Source of the DNA: an uncultured Acidimicrobiia bacterium
GTDB taxonomy: Bacteria; Actinomycetota; Acidimicrobiia; IMCC26256; PALSA-555
DNA: 64,000 nt
Direction of reading: 5' to 3'
Assembly: GCA_963809885.1 (NCBI GenBank)
Contig: CAWELA010000003.1
Coordinates: 11,111 to 75,110 of the forward strand
Within the stretch, counting starts at the first letter, position 1. Each line of letters opens with the position of its first letter. Below are positions 18,963 through 28,171 of this stretch, one piece after another. Both the position numbers and the translations under genes were made by a program. The notes under the pieces were generated by a model. It was given only the letters and a program-made list of their open reading frames with translations. It searched no databases and was not told the origin of the DNA.

Positions 18963-19982
18963 ATGAGCCTCATCCACAACGTCGTCGGCACGCCCCAGGC
19001 ATCCCGAGTGCTGCTGCTCGTGCACGGGTACGGCGCCGACGAGCGCGACCTCGGAGGGCTGCTGCCGTACCTCGACCCCGAGGGGCGGTTCCTCACCGTG
19101 CTCCCCCGAGGACCCGTCGCCGCGCCGCCCGGGTTCGCCTGGTACGACATCGCTGCCGTCACCGGCGACCCGGGAGCAGACGGCGCGCCGGCGGACGCGG
19201 GCTTTCTCGCGGCGCTCGACGAGCTCGACGACCTGCTCGACGAGGTCTGCACGGCGAACGACAAGCCGCGCCACGAGGCGATCGTCGCCGGCTTCTCCCA
19301 GGGCGGTGCGCTCGCCGTGGCGCTCGCACTGCGCGCGAGCGAGCGACCCCATCCCGCGGGTCTCCTGGCGATGAGCACGTACCTGCCCGATGTCGAAGGG
19401 CTCGCGTTCGACTGGGACGCCGCGCAGCAGGTTCCGGCCCTCGTCCAGCACGGCACCGAGGACCCGCTCATCGCCGTCGAGCGTGGGCGTGAGCTCGCCA
19501 ACGCGCTCGAGGAGCACCATGTGCCCGTCACGTTCCACGACTACCCGATGGGTCACCAGGTGGCGATGCAGAGCGTGGAGGACGCGCACCAGTGGTTGCT
19601 CGCCGTTGCCGCCGGGGAGCGCCCGAGCGAGCCGGTGCCCACCGAAGCGCACCAGCCCCTCGTCCGCGGGGTGACCACGGCGCAGTTCGAGCAAGAGGTG
19701 CTCCACTCCGAGCTCCCCGTCATCGTCGACTTCTGGGCGCCGTGGTGCCAGCCGTGCCGCCAGGTGTCCCCGATCGTCGAGCAGATCGCGGCGATGCGGG
19801 AGGGCTCTTACAAGGTCGTGAAGGTGAACATCGACGAGGAGCCACAGCTCGCGCAGGCGTTCGAGGTCCAGAGCATCCCGATGATCGGGATGTTCCGCGA
19901 CGGCCGGCTCGAGCGTTCCGTGCTCGGCGCCAAGCCGCGCCCGCAGATCGAGGCCGAGCTGGGGATGCTCGTCATCCCCTGA
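18963..19982 (+). CDS. Fusion protein: phospholipase/carboxylesterase (acyl-protein-thioesterase-like alpha/beta hydrolase) plus C-terminal thioredoxin with a WCQPC active site
   Basis: ATG 18963 lies inside long ORF 17826..19982. The esterase part has the GFSQGG nucleophile elbow, HGTEDPLI and a catalytic His (YPMGHQV). The linker is followed by ..VIVDFWAPWCQPCRQVSPI..IPMIGMFRDG.. (thioredoxin fold). Confidence 0.8.
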   Translation: MSLIHNVVGTPQASRVLLLVHGYGADERDLGGLLPYLDPEGRFLTVLPRGPVAAPPGFAWYDIAAVTGDPGADGAPADAGFLAALDELDDLLDEVCTANDKPRHEAIVAGFSQGGALAVALALRASERPHPAGLLAMSTYLPDVEGLAFDWDAAQQVPALVQHGTEDPLIAVERGRELANALEEHHVPVTFHDYPMGHQVAMQSVEDAHQWLLAVAAGERPSEPVPTEAHQPLVRGVTTAQFEQEVLHSELPVIVDFWAPWCQPCRQVSPIVEQIAAMREGSYKVVKVNIDEEPQLAQAFEVQSIPMIGMFRDGRLERSVLGAKPRPQIEAELGMLVIP

Positions 19983-20007
19983 TCGGTCGCGCCGCGTGCC
20001 GCACGGC

Positions 20008-21096
20008 TCAGACGGCGAGCGCGCCCGGCGGACCCTCGACACAATGCCCGACGACCGCCGCGGCGAGCGCGCCGTGCCGCGCCAGCGCGCCGGCCAGCTC
20101 GTCGGCGTGGTCGGGGGCCACCGCGAGGAGCAGCCCGCCGCTGGTCTGCGCGTCGCACAGCAGCAGCTGATCGTCGAGCGACCGGGTGCCCCAGTCGACG
20201 GGTGCGGTCTCGCTCACGAACGCGTGGTTGCGCTGTGTGCCGCCCGCGATCATCCCGGACGTCACGAGTGCAGGGACGCCGTCGATCACCGGCACGGCGG
20301 CGGCGTCGACCTCGGCCGCCACCCCCGACGCGGCGGCGAGCTCGTGGAGATGGCCGAGCAGGCCGAAGCCGGTGACGTCGGTCGCGGCGTGGATCGCGGC
20401 ATCGAGCTCGATTGCTGCGTCGCGTGCTCCGCGTTGAGGGTTGTCATCACTCGCACGGCTTCGTCGACGAGGGGGGCCGGCGCCGCCCCGCGCTTCACCG
20501 CGGTGGAGACGACCCCGAGCCCGATCGGCTTGGTGAGCATCGAGCGCGTCACCGACACGTGCACCAGCGTTCGTGAGCACCGAATCCGGGTGCACCGTCC
20601 CGATCACCGCGAGGCCGTACTTGGGTTCGGCATCGTCGATCGAGTGGCCGCCGCCGATCAGCGCACCGGCGGAGCGCACCACGTCACCACCACCGTCGAG
20701 CACGCGTGCGAGCAGGTCGAAGGCGAGCCCCTCGCGTGGCCACCCGACCAGGTTCAAGGCGAGGATCGGGGCCGCGCCCATCGCGTAGACGTCCGACAGC
20801 GCATTGGTGGCCGCGATCCGGCCCCAGTCGTAGGGATCGTCGACGATCGGCGTGAAGAAGTCGGTCGTGAAGACGAGTGCGAGGTCGTCGCGCAGCCGGT
20901 ACACCGCGGCGTCGTCCGACGTGTCGAAGCCCACGACGAGATCGGGGTCGCGCGCCGCGTCGCTTCCGCGCATCAGGCCGAGCACCGTGCGCAGGTCCGC
21001 GGGCGAGAGCTTGCAGGCGCACCCGGCGCCGTGGGAGAAGTCGGTCAGGCGGACCGGGTCGGACGCGGCAGTGCCGGATGCTGAGGTCGTGGTCAC
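20008..21096 (-). CDS. selD: Selenide, water dikinase (Cys-type), with an internal segment of about 110 nt read out of frame
   Basis: ..[13 protein letters not shown].., ..[23 protein letters not shown].., ..[13 protein letters not shown]... The conserved [25 protein letters not shown] block lies in the overlapping ORF 20286..20564. This implies two compensating indels near 20550 and 20440. Confidence 0.85.
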   Translation of the reverse strand: MTTTSASGTAASDPVRLTDFSHGAGCACKLSPADLRTVLGLMRGSDAARDPDLVVGFDTSDDAAVYRLRDDLALVFTTDFFTPIVDDPYDWGRIAATNALSDVYAMGAAPILALNLVGWPREGLAFDLLARVLDGGGDVVRSAGALIGGGHSIDDAEPKYGLAVIGTVHPDSVLTNAGARVGDALDAHQADRARGRLHRGEARGGAGPPRRRSRASDDNPQRGARDAAIELDAAIHAATDVTGFGLLGHLHELAAASGVAAEVDAAAVPVIDGVPALVTSGMIAGGTQRNHAFVSETAPVDWGTRSLDDQLLLCDAQTSGGLLLAVAPDHADELAGALARHGALAAAVVGHCVEGPPGALAV

Positions 21097-21130
21097 GGGC
21101 GCGATCGTTGCACGCCCGGGGTGGGCCGCG

Positions 21131-22216
21131 TCAGACGCCCGGGCGGGCGGCGCCGACGGGGCGGCCGTAGACCGCCGCGACCTTCACGACATCGCCGGTG
21201 TGGGGTGCGTGGATCATCAGTCCGTTGCCCACGTAGATGCCGACGTGCGAGCCGCCGCCCGCACCCCAGAACACGAGGTCGCCTGGCAGCATCGCGTCGA
21301 GCGGCACGTGCGGGAGCGACGAGTACTGCGCGCCGGAGTAGTGGGGCATACGGATCCCAGCCGCGGCGTACGCCATCATCGTGAGCCCCGAGCAGTCGTA
21401 CGCGTCGGGCCCGGTCGCGGCGTAGCGGTACGGCTTGCCGAGCTGGGCCCGGGCGAACTCGATCGCGGTGGCCGCGGCCGCGCCGGGGGCGGGGAGGTTC
21501 GGGAACGCCTCGGGGTTGCCGTCACCGAGCGCGCCGGGAGCGTACCGGGCTCGCGCCTGGCGGGCCGCTTCCTCGGCCCGGCGCTGGGCCTCCTCCTGGA
21601 CGAGCTGGGCGAGCTCGCCGTTCACCTGCTGGAGGAGCGCCTCCTGCTTCGCGTTCGCCGACTCGAGCTGGGACCTCGCCGCGTCGATCGCAGCCTGGTC
21701 GGTCTCGGCCTGGGCGCGGGCCTGCTCGCCGTCCGTCCGGTCCCGGGCGAGATCCTGCTGGGCCTGGTCGAGCTGCTCGAGGAGCGCGTCGTCGCGGCTG
21801 GCCTGGGCCTCGGCGTAGTGCTTCCGGCTCACGAGGTGCCGGGCGTCGTGCAGGTCGAAGCCGTTCAACGACTCCCCGGCGAGGGCCCGCCGGTAGACGG
21901 AGGCGGCCCGGGTGCGGATCAGGTCCCGGATGCGCGCGACCTCGGCCCTGGCGGCATCGATCCGGGTCTGGGCGTCGGCGATCTCCTGGTTGGCCTGGTC
22001 GAGGCGGAGCTGGGCGCCGTTGAACTGCTCGCCCAGGGCGCTGATCTGCTCACCGTTGGCGTCGATCTGGTCCTGCAGCGCCGCGGCCTCGGCCCGCTTG
22101 TCGTCGATGGGCGTGGCACCGGCCCGGTGGCGCGCGCCGTCCAGGGTGATCGTGGCCCCCGCGAGCAGGGCGACGATGAGGACAGCGAGGCTGGTGTTGC
22201 GGGTGAGGTTTCGCAC
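21131..22216 (-). CDS. Secreted coiled-coil NlpC/P60 (C40) peptidoglycan endopeptidase, RipA-like
   Basis: Intact 361-aa ORF with a signal peptide, a long heptad-rich coiled coil and a C-terminal ..YDCSGLTMMAYAAAGIRMPH..GDLVFWG..SHVGIYVGNG.. catalytic domain. Confidence 0.85.
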   Translation of the reverse strand: MRNLTRNTSLAVLIVALLAGATITLDGARHRAGATPIDDKRAEAAALQDQIDANGEQISALGEQFNGAQLRLDQANQEIADAQTRIDAARAEVARIRDLIRTRAASVYRRALAGESLNGFDLHDARHLVSRKHYAEAQASRDDALLEQLDQAQQDLARDRTDGEQARAQAETDQAAIDAARSQLESANAKQEALLQQVNGELAQLVQEEAQRRAEEAARQARARYAPGALGDGNPEAFPNLPAPGAAAATAIEFARAQLGKPYRYAATGPDAYDCSGLTMMAYAAAGIRMPHYSGAQYSSLPHVPLDAMLPGDLVFWGAGGGSHVGIYVGNGLMIHAPHTGDVVKVAAVYGRPVGAARPGV

Positions 22217-22297
22217 GGGCCGACCAGGCTAGGGGATGGGGTCGGGTGGAGCGAGGTCCGGTCCGCGAACGGCCCGGGGGTGGTTGGAGTCGGGTCG

Positions 22298-23362
22298 CTA
22301 GAGGACCCGGGCTGCGCCGATGGGGCTGCCCCAGATGCCGCGCTGGGCCACGGCGTTCTTGCTGCTCGACGCGTCGATGATCGTCCCGCCGCCGATGTAC
22401 AGCGCGACGTGATCCGATCCGCCCGGCCCCCAGAAGATGAGGTCACCGGGCTGCAGTGCATTGAGCGGGACGTGCGGGAGCCCTGCATACTGCGAGCTCG
22501 ACGTCGTGGGGATGCTGATCCCGGCGGCCCGCCACGCCATCGTGGTGAGCCCGGAGCAGTCATAGGTCGGGCCCATGCGCGGGTTCTTCGAGTATCCGGA
22601 GCCGACGGCGGCCCGGGCGTACGCGATCGCCTGGGAGGCGCTCCCGTTCGGTGGGCCGACGTCGATGAACTTCTCCGGCGCCGACGAGGTCGCGAGCTTG
22701 GCCTGCGTCGCTTGGGCCCGGCGGGCCTGCTCGGCTTCGACGGCGGCCTTGAGCTCGCCGGTCACCTTGTCGAGGATGGCCTGCTGGGCGGCGCGGGCCG
22801 CTTCGAGGGCCGTCTTGGCCTCCGTGATCTGCTGGGCCTCGGCGGCCGCCTTGTCGCGGGCCTGCGTGGCGTTGTCGCGCTGGACCGCGAGGTCCTGCTG
22901 CGCCGCATCGAGCTGGTCGAGGAGCTCGGAGTCGTGGTTGGCCGTGGTCTGGGCGTACTGGCTGCGCTTGAGGAGGTCGACGGTGGCGCTGAAGTCCATC
23001 TCGCCCACCGACTGGCCTCGCAGGGTGCGGCGGTAGAGCGACGCGAGGTTCTGCTCGACGAGGCCCAGGATCCGCTCGACCTCCTGCTTGGCGTCCGCGA
23101 TCTGGGCCTCGGCGGCCTGGGCGCTGCTCTGGGCTTCCGCTTGGCGGGCCTCGGCCTCGTGGAGGCTCTCCCCGAGGCCGCTGATCTGCAGGTCGCTGGC
23201 CTCGATCTGGTCCTGGAGCTCGGCAGCCTGCTGCTGCTTGTCGGCCACCGGCGCAGCTCCCGAGGAGGCGGCGAACGAGGCCACCGACCCGACCACGAGA
23301 AGGCTCGCCAGCAGCGCGCGTCCGAACGGGACGCGGGGGCGGCGACGGGAGGCAGGGTTCAT
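22298..23362 (-). CDS. Secreted coiled-coil NlpC/P60 (C40) peptidoglycan endopeptidase, paralog of the downstream gene
   Basis: I prefer the start at Met 23362 (MNPASRRRPRVPF.. plus signal). It has the same coiled-coil architecture and ..YDCSGLTTMAWRAAGISIP..GDLIFWG..DHVALYIGGG... Confidence 0.85.
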   Translation of the reverse strand: MNPASRRRPRVPFGRALLASLLVVGSVASFAASSGAAPVADKQQQAAELQDQIEASDLQISGLGESLHEAEARQAEAQSSAQAAEAQIADAKQEVERILGLVEQNLASLYRRTLRGQSVGEMDFSATVDLLKRSQYAQTTANHDSELLDQLDAAQQDLAVQRDNATQARDKAAAEAQQITEAKTALEAARAAQQAILDKVTGELKAAVEAEQARRAQATQAKLATSSAPEKFIDVGPPNGSASQAIAYARAAVGSGYSKNPRMGPTYDCSGLTTMAWRAAGISIPTTSSSQYAGLPHVPLNALQPGDLIFWGPGGSDHVALYIGGGTIIDASSSKNAVAQRGIWGSPIGAARVL

Positions 23363-23609
23363 GGGGTGAGGGGGGTCGTGCAAGTCAGGGGCGTGCCGGT
23401 CCTGAGCCATCGTGGGACGACAACGGGAGACCACACGGCACCTTTCACCCTAGACAATCTCGTCCTCGAGGAGTCTGACGGTCGAAAAAAAACGCGAGCG
23501 CCCGGTCGTCATCTGCACGGGGCAGGGACGGTCGGGCACTGGGCGACACCCTAGGCAACGCACCTGCCCGATGCCAGCCAAGCCCCGGAAAAGCTCGCCC
23601 GGAGGCGGG

Positions 23610-24098
23610 TCAGGCGGTCGCGAGGGGCCAGCCCTCGGTCTTGGGCGGCATCCCGCTTCCGGTGAGCTCTGGGGTCGTCCACTTCTGGGCGACCGCGATC
23701 TCCTTGGCGACGGAGCGCCACTCGGAGGGGTCCCAGCCCTCGGCGGCCGCGACGACGCTCGTGTCCTGGCGCAGGGCGACGAACGCGGGCAGCCGCTCGA
23801 GGCCGAGGCTGGTCACGAGCGCGTGGTCGGGGTCGACGAAGGTGATCTCGTCGCGCTCGGCCGGGCCGAGCAAGCGCCGAGCGACCTCGGCCGGACCGGT
23901 GACCACGTAGGCGCACGTGCAGTCCGAGTCGCCGAACGTCGCGAAGATCTTCTGCGCGACCGGGATCCACGCCGCGGCCTCGAGCCGGCCCGGGAGCACG
24001 ACGCAGCAGAGCTGGAACATGGTCGACCAGTCGTCGAGGGTGCGGGTGACCCCGCGGCTCGTCGCGAGCTCCAGCATCGGATCCGGGTTCTTCGCCAT
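23610..24098 (-). CDS. Hypothetical protein (possibly a degenerate thioredoxin-like fold without CxxC)
   Basis: Intact 162-aa ORF with high third-position GC and no recognisable catalytic motif. The ..LGLERLPAFVALRQD.. segment resembles TlpA/thioredoxin-fold beta3. Confidence 0.45.
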   Translation of the reverse strand: MAKNPDPMLELATSRGVTRTLDDWSTMFQLCCVVLPGRLEAAAWIPVAQKIFATFGDSDCTCAYVVTGPAEVARRLLGPAERDEITFVDPDHALVTSLGLERLPAFVALRQDTSVVAAAEGWDPSEWRSVAKEIAVAQKWTTPELTGSGMPPKTEGWPLATA

Positions 24099-24117
24099 GC
24101 GATCGAACGTAGCGCGG

Positions 24118-24946
24118 CTAGCCGAGTCCGATGGCTCTCAGCATGCTGGGGGGCATCTCGTCGCGGCCTGCGGCGAGGAGGGCGGCGCGCTCGATGTTGA
24201 TCACGTCGCGCTCGGGGCGGTCGAGCCAGGCGTCCCACGGGCCGGGGGGAACGGAGCCCGCGACACAGTGACGGAGGTACGCCTGCTGCGCGCGGACCTC
24301 GCGTTCGCCGCCGACGCGGCCGTGGCCGGGCACGATCGTGTCGGCGAGCTCGGCGACCGCGTCGAGCATCTCGACCCACACCGCGGGGTCGCCCTGGAAC
24401 GCGAGCGGTGCGACCCCGAAGAAGCAGAGGTCGCCGGCGAAGAGCACGTCGGCGTCGGCGACGAGCACCATCAGGTCGCCGGCCGTGTGCCCGCTCGCGG
24501 GGAGGAGCTCGACGCGCGGGGTGAGCTGCGCGGCGCCGTCCACCTCATGGGTCGCGGGGCGGGTCCCGACCTCGGCGAGGTCGTCGAACTCGTCCGCGAA
24601 CGCGGACATGAACGCCTTGTACGCGTCGATCGGCATGTCCTGGTCGAGGAGCGCGCTCGTGACCGGGGTCGCGTAGACCGCCGCGTGCGGGAACGCCTTG
24701 GTGCCGCCGACGTGGTCGACGTGGGCGTGCGTGAGCACGATGCGGCGGACGGGTCGGTCGAGCGCGTGGACGGCCTCGGCGAAGGGCTCCCACTGGGAGC
24801 GCACCATGAGGGTGTCGATGACGGTCAGCCCGTCGTCGTCGACCACGACGCCCGGCGTTGCTGACGCCCGTCTCGCCGCCGGCCTGGAGCCAGACGAAGA
24901 CCCCGTCGGCCAGCTCGTGCAGCGTGCGGGTGGGCAGGTCGGCCAC
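24118..24946 (-). CDS. MBL-fold metallo-hydrolase (one frameshift near 24850)
   Basis: The N-terminus MADLPTRTLHELADGVFVWLQ.. lies in ORF 24545..24946. The gene then continues ..VLTHAHVDHVGG.. (HxHxDH motif), ..ASGHTAGDL.. and ..VPGHG.. in the tail of ORF 24118..26094. Confidence 0.8.
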
Positions 24947-24987
24947 GGATCGAGGGTACCCGGGCCCGGCTCGCTAGCCTTTCGGCC

Positions 24988-26001
24988 ATGTCCGAGCGCT
25001 CCCGCAACCTGCCCCGTCGAGCCTGCCTGTCCGTGCCCGGCTCGAGCCCGAAGATGCTCACCAAGGCCGCCGGGCTCGGCGCCGACATGGTGTTCCTCGA
25101 CCTCGAGGACGCGGTCGCGCCGCTCGAGAAGGAGGCGGCGCGCGACAACGTCGTCGAGGCCATCAACACGCTCGACTGGGGCGACACGGTGCTCTGCGTG
25201 CGCGTCAACGCGTGGGACACCAAGTGGACCTACGGCGACGTCATCCACGTCGTCGAGCACGCCTCGGAGCGACTCGACGAGCTGATGCTGCCGAAGGTCG
25301 AGCACGCGAGCGACGTGCGCGCGCTCGACCTCCTCCTCACCCAGATCGAGCAGGTCACCGGCCGTCGGTCGACCGTCGGCATCGAGGCGCAGATCGAGAC
25401 GGCCCGCGGGTTGATCAACGTCGAGGAGATCTGCGAGGCGTCGCCGCGCCTCGAGACGATCATCTTCGGCCCGGCCGACTTCGCCGCGTCGACCGAGATG
25501 CCGGTGCTCACGGGCGGCGTGCAGATCCCCGAGTACCCCGGCGACCACTTCCACTACGTGTTCTCGAAGATCCTGATGGCCGGTCGCGCGAACGGCCTCC
25601 AGGTCATCGACGGGCCGTTCCTCAAGATCAAGGAGCTCGACGCGCTGCGCGACTACGCGATGCGCACGCGCATCCTCGGCTACGACGGCAAGTGGGCGCT
25701 GCACCCCGACCAGGTCACGGTCATCAACGAGGTGTTCACGCCCACGCAGGAGCAGTTCGACACCGCGTTCGACATCCTCGAGGCGTACGAGAAGGCCACC
25801 ACCGAAGGTGGCGCCGGCGAGCGCAAGGGCGCGGTGATGTTCGGCGACGAGATGATCGACGAGGCGAGCCGCAAGATGGCGATCAAGTTCGTCAGCCGCG
25901 GCGAGCGCGCCGGGCATGGTCCGCAGCGCCGGCTGAACCCCCGGTCCGGGCCGGGATCCGCGGGCGCCGGAGCCGCGTCCGCTCCCGAGGGCTACCGTTG
26001 A
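24988..26001 (+). CDS. HpcH/HpaI-family CoA ester lyase (CitE / malyl-CoA or citramalyl-CoA lyase-like)
   Basis: ..ACLSVPGSSPKMLTKAAGLGADMVFLDLEDAVAP.., ..IEAQIETARGL.., ..IFGPADFAAS.. and ..GYDGKWALHPDQV.. are present. The last 30 or so residues are Gly/Pro/Arg-rich and may be frameshift read-through (alternative TGA near 25933). Confidence 0.8.
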   Translation: MSERSRNLPRRACLSVPGSSPKMLTKAAGLGADMVFLDLEDAVAPLEKEAARDNVVEAINTLDWGDTVLCVRVNAWDTKWTYGDVIHVVEHASERLDELMLPKVEHASDVRALDLLLTQIEQVTGRRSTVGIEAQIETARGLINVEEICEASPRLETIIFGPADFAASTEMPVLTGGVQIPEYPGDHFHYVFSKILMAGRANGLQVIDGPFLKIKELDALRDYAMRTRILGYDGKWALHPDQVTVINEVFTPTQEQFDTAFDILEAYEKATTEGGAGERKGAVMFGDEMIDEASRKMAIKFVSRGERAGHGPQRRLNPRSGPGSAGAGAASAPEGYR

Positions 26002-26005
26002 CGGC

Positions 26006-26490
26006 GTGGAGCTGATCATCGCGGTCGTGGTCGTGACCGGCGGCGGGTCTCGCGTGGCGCTTCTCCCGTCGCCGCCCGGGCGTCCCGCTCGCATGGCAGA
26101 CGAGCCAGAGCGTCGCCGCCGACCTCCACCGCCGCATGCACCGAGCGCTCGACCGCACTCGGCGCTCCGTCGGCGACGCCCGCAAGCGCGGCGTCCCGAC
26201 CGAGGGGTACGAAGGTCTCGTCGACGACCTGGCGGCCACGGTGCGCGCCCTCGACGACCAGCTCGTGCTCGCGTCGCGCCTGCCCTTCAAGGCCCGGCAC
26301 AAGACCCTGCTGGGCCTGCGCTACCGCGATCGCGGAGATCGAGCGGACGGGGGTGCGCATCGGCCAGAGCGCGATCGAGGCCGCGAGCCCGCTCGTCGAC
26401 AGCGTCGACGACTCGCTCGACCGCATCAACCAGCGGCTCGACCACCAGGCCGAGGCGCGCGACGAGCTCCGCGAGCTCGGCGGGAGCTGA
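26006..26490 (+). CDS. Small membrane-anchored coiled-coil protein (2 frameshifts near 26100 and 26320)
   Basis: GTG 26006 is followed by a TM helix (ELIIAVVVVTGGG). The gene then reads ..AADLHRRMHRALDRTRRSVGDARKRGV..LVLASRLPFKARHKTLL.. and ..AIAEIERTGVRIGQSAIEAASPLVDSVDDSLDRINQRLDHQAEARDELRELGGS-TGA at 26490. Confidence 0.4.
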
Positions 26491-26492
26491 GC

Positions 26493-28120
26493 TACGCCGA
26501 GCGCCTGCTCGGCCAGTCGGCGGGCGATGACCCGCAGGCAGAGCGTCTCGTCGGCTCCCTCGAAGATCGACAGCACGCGCGCGTCGACGAAGTAGCGCGA
26601 GACCGGGTACTCCTCGGCGTACCCCATGCCGCCGTGGAGCTGCATCGCCTCGCGCGTGACCCACTCGGCGGCCCGGCACACGTAGGCCTTCACCATCGAC
26701 GCGTCGAGCGCGCCCGTCGCCTCGGCCCATCATCCTGGCGACCTCGTACGAGAACTGCCGTCCGGTCTGGATGAGGAACGCCATGCGGGCGAGCTTCACG
26801 CGGGAGAGCTGGTAGTCGAAGACCGGCTTGCCGAAGACGACGCGATCCTGCGCGTACGCGAGCCCGGCGTCGAACGCGGCTTGCATGACGCCCGACGGCG
26901 CGCGCCGCGGTCTGCAGGCGCCCGTTCTCGAAGCCCTCCATCTGGAGGTAGAAGCCCTTCCCGAGGCCGCCCTCCTCGCCGACGAGGTTCTCGGCGGGGA
27001 CGAACCAGTCCTCGAACGAGACCTCGTAGGAGTGCATGCCGCGGTACCCGATCGTGTCGATGGCGCGGCCCTCCATCTTCCCCGCCACCCTGGCTGAACG
27101 CGAACTCGTGACCCGGCGCGGGCTCCTTGTCGACCACGAAGATCGAGAGCCCGCGGTGCCGGGCCGAGCGGTCGGGGTCGGTGCGGGCGAGGAGCATGAT
27201 GCGTGTTCGCCCGACCGGCGAACGTCGCCCAGGTCTTCACGCCGTTGATGAGGTAGCCGCCCTCGGTCGGCGTCGCCGACACCTTGATCCCGGCCGACGT
27301 CGGAGCCGAAGTCGGGCTCGGTCGCCATGACGCCGACCATGCGCTCGCCGCTCGCGATGGCAGGCAGCCAACGACGCTTCTGCTCTTCGGTCCCGCCGTG
27401 CACGATCGCCCGGGTGAGGATCTCGGGGCGGGTGATGAGCGAGCCACCGGCGCCGAGCGACCCCCACGAGAGCTCCTCGGTCGCGACGACCATGCCGAGG
27501 TAGTCGTGCTCGCCACCCTGCGCGAAACCGTCGTACTCCTCCGGGACGGAGAGGCCGAAGCCGCCGATCTCGGCGAGGCCGCTGATGACGTCCTCGGGGA
27601 TGTCGGCGTTCGCGCGGTGGACGTGCTCGGCGATCGGCCTGATCTTGTCCTCGGCGAAGCGGTGGAACGTCTCGCGCACGAGGTCGAACTCGTCGCCGAG
27701 ATGCGCGGGCCCGGTGCGGTCGCGGTCGAGGCGCGGTCGCGATCTCCTCCAGGAACGCCGGCGCGCGGTGGGCCTCGACGAACGGGCAGCGCGCTCGCGA
27801 GGTCCCCGGCCTCGACGCCCCACGTCGACTCGCGGCCGAGGACCTTGCCGGCGAGGTCCGCGATCGCGTCGGCGATGAACCCGCGCGCGAGCAGCGACTC
27901 GTACTCGCCGTGCTCCGCGTACTCGAGCATCACCCGGCACCCGGCGACCGCGCTGGCGGCGTGGGCGAGGTCGTACGCGAGTACCTGGTGCTCGTCGAGC
28001 TTGGCGACCGAGATCCGTCCCGTCGTCGACCGCGGCATGCGCGAGGTGGTGGGCCGCGGCGTCGACGAGCGCCGCGGCGTCGTCGACGGCCGCGCGGGCA
28101 GGCTGCAGCGGGTCGGGCAT
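26493..28120 (-). CDS. Long-form acyl-CoA dehydrogenase with an N-terminal extension of about 150 aa (at least 5 frameshifts; 3' end uncertain)
   Basis: ATG 28120 (MPDPLQPARAAVDDAAAL..). Conserved blocks lie in three frames: ..FHRFAEDKIRPIAEHVH.., ..TEPDFGSDV.., ..GYLINGVKTWATFAGRAN.., ..IGYRGMHSYEVSFEDWFVP.., ..AYAQDRVVFGKPV.., ..AMQLHGGMGYAEEYPVSRYFVDARVLSIFEG... The size and extension resemble the methylsuccinyl-CoA-dehydrogenase type of ACAD. Confidence 0.75.
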
Positions 28121-28171
28121 GGAACGAGCCTAACGACGGGTCTTCGTCCGGGCCGAGCCCGGTCCCGCAGG

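Noticed and set aside
23484-23491. T8 run (minus strand) as the intrinsic terminator of the 23610..24098 gene
   Set aside because: I could not find a stable GC-rich hairpin immediately upstream of the U run, only 4-bp stems.
23363-23609. c-di-AMP (ydaO-type) riboswitch upstream of the NlpC/P60 gene
   Set aside because: Only a loose resemblance to the 3' consensus was seen. The possible closing helix encloses about 68 nt, too short for the pseudo-two-fold ydaO fold, and the conserved ACGGGGA-type segments are missing. I kept it only as a question for a covariance-model search.
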